Positions 31,062 to 32,000 of a stretch of DNA of 32,000 bases are shown one piece after another. The DNA is taken from the NCBI GenBank assembly GCA_016699145.1, contig CP064962.1, forward strand, positions 600,001 through 632,000, written 5' to 3'. The stretch comes from Candidatus Saccharimonadota bacterium (GTDB lineage Bacteria > Patescibacteriota > Gracilibacteria > UBA1369 > 2-02-FULL-48-14). Each line of letters opens with the position of its first letter. Position 1 is the stretch's first letter. The position numbers and the translations under genes are program-made. Below the pieces are notes generated by a model. The model was not told the DNA's origin, made no database searches, and saw only the letters and a program-made list of their open reading frames with translations.

Positions 31062-32000
31062 TCACAAATAAGACTGCATTTTCTGCTCGCCTCCTGACTT
31101 AACCTTGCGATACTCCGTCAAATTCGTCGTAAAGTTGGCTCCGTTCAAAAAAACCTCCGAATAAGGAATGTGCCGCTGAAGCCCACCTTGTAAACTGTCC
31201 GCAACCCACACGCCATCGGCATCAAAGGAGTAAGCCACCAACTGATGCCCAATGTTCACTCCATTGGAATAGTAAGGAATATAAAGCACCAAAGGCTCGC
31301 CCAGGGCCAACTTTTTAAAGAAAAATTCCGCCGAATTATTATAACTGAACAGCAAATCATAGCCATATTCCGCCGCAAAACGGCTACGCTCCCCCGAAGA
31401 CCAAATAAAAGTGCCATCCCACGCAATCCGATCTTGAACTTCAGCAATATCCAGCACTTCGCCATACTTGTATTGCACCAAAGTTTTAGTCGCAAAACTG
31501 TAACAACCATAAGGCCAACCCCTTTGAGAATGATGGACAAAGTCGACATTCGAAGGAATTGCCGCCACCAAACCCAAATCCAAAACCTCTTCATAGCCAG
31601 CCGAGGGGTCCAATTCAAACTCAAAAACCTCGGGCCTTTCGCCTTCTTCATAAGTCAAAGCGCGGTGCAAAAGCAGACTCATTTGCTTGCGAGTGATGAG
31701 CTCATGTGGAGAAATATAGCTGTCCAAAGTGTCCACCAGCTCGCGTTCTTCAAACCGCAGCAAATCATCCCAGTACCACTGTCCATTGTCTTGATTGTCT
31801 AGAAAGACACTCCGCTCATCCTCGTCTAAAAGCTCCCATTCTAAAGCTTCTGCTAAAATTTTCATGGCCTCCGCACGAGTGATATTGTCTCCCGGAGCAA
31901 AGCGCCCATCCCCATAGCCCTCCACCCACTCCAATTCCTTGGCACGACACACATATTTGGCAAACCATTCCTCCCCCACATCCACAAAACAAGCCGCGTA
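31062..32000 (-). CDS. SLH-domain protein with a C-terminal papain-like (peptidase C39-like) domain; the 5' end lies beyond the window
   Basis: The frame stays open to the window edge (YAACFVDVGEEWFAKYV...GYGDGRFAPGDNITRAEA is SLH-like). The C-terminal part has a Gln/Cys context (SQRGWPYGCYSFA) and a His context (GHQLVAYSFDADGVWVADS). Confidence 0.65.
   Translation of the reverse strand, partial: YAACFVDVGEEWFAKYVCRAKELEWVEGYGDGRFAPGDNITRAEAMKILAEALEWELLDEDERSVFLDNQDNGQWYWDDLLRFEERELVDTLDSYISPHELITRKQMSLLLHRALTYEEGERPEVFEFELDPSAGYEEVLDLGLVAAIPSNVDFVHHSQRGWPYGCYSFATKTLVQYKYGEVLDIAEVQDRIAWDGTFIWSSGERSRFAAEYGYDLLFSYNNSAEFFFKKLALGEPLVLYIPYYSNGVNIGHQLVAYSFDADGVWVADSLQGGLQRHIPYSEVFLNGANFTTNLTEYRKVKSGGEQKMQSYL

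Noticed and set aside
1-32000. Alternative genetic code (UGA recoded, as in some CPR lineages)
   Set aside because: All conserved genes (pyrB-F, carA, the transposases) are full length under the standard code. Some genes (for example 4648-5808 and hicA) terminate sensibly at TGA.

Overview
This window comes from a compact bacterial chromosome of mid GC content that uses the standard genetic code. It carries many SLH-domain surface proteins, which suggests an uncultured, possibly CPR/Peregrinibacteria-like lineage. That lineage call is inference only.

The left third is a minus-strand pyrimidine biosynthesis cluster: pyrF (partial), pyrE, pyrK, pyrD, pyrC and pyrB. The right third holds:
- carA;
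- four SLH surface proteins, one with a lamin-tail domain and one with a C39-like peptidase domain;
- a fusion of a DnaQ-type exonuclease to a degenerate DinG-like helicase;
- a PP2C-like phosphatase gene pair.

Between pyrB and carA (about 8.09-19.2 kb) lies a visibly AT-rich island that I read as a chromosomal integron.
- **Integrase and attI.** A 270-aa IntI-like tyrosine recombinase on the minus strand faces an attI-like GTTGTAC core and a near-consensus promoter.
- **Cassettes.** About 10 plus-strand cassettes follow. They are separated by 120-180 bp attC-like sites of the form R'' ..YAAC / L'' ... L' / GAAC-GTTRRRY. The L''/L' arms covary from site to site.
- **Integrase size.** The recombinase appears to lack the IntI-specific insertion.
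- **Split attC.** One attC is split by a promoter-bearing hicB-hicA toxin-antitoxin module.
- **Duplicated cassette.** One cassette is duplicated starting exactly at the G|TT crossover point.
- **IS load.** The array holds five IS copies: an IS200/IS605-like element plus a remnant, one IS5/IS427-like element, and two IS481-like elements.

Several genes carry homopolymer-linked frameshifts. These may be genuine decay or slippage, or they may be assembly errors. No rRNA, tRNA or CRISPR array was seen.
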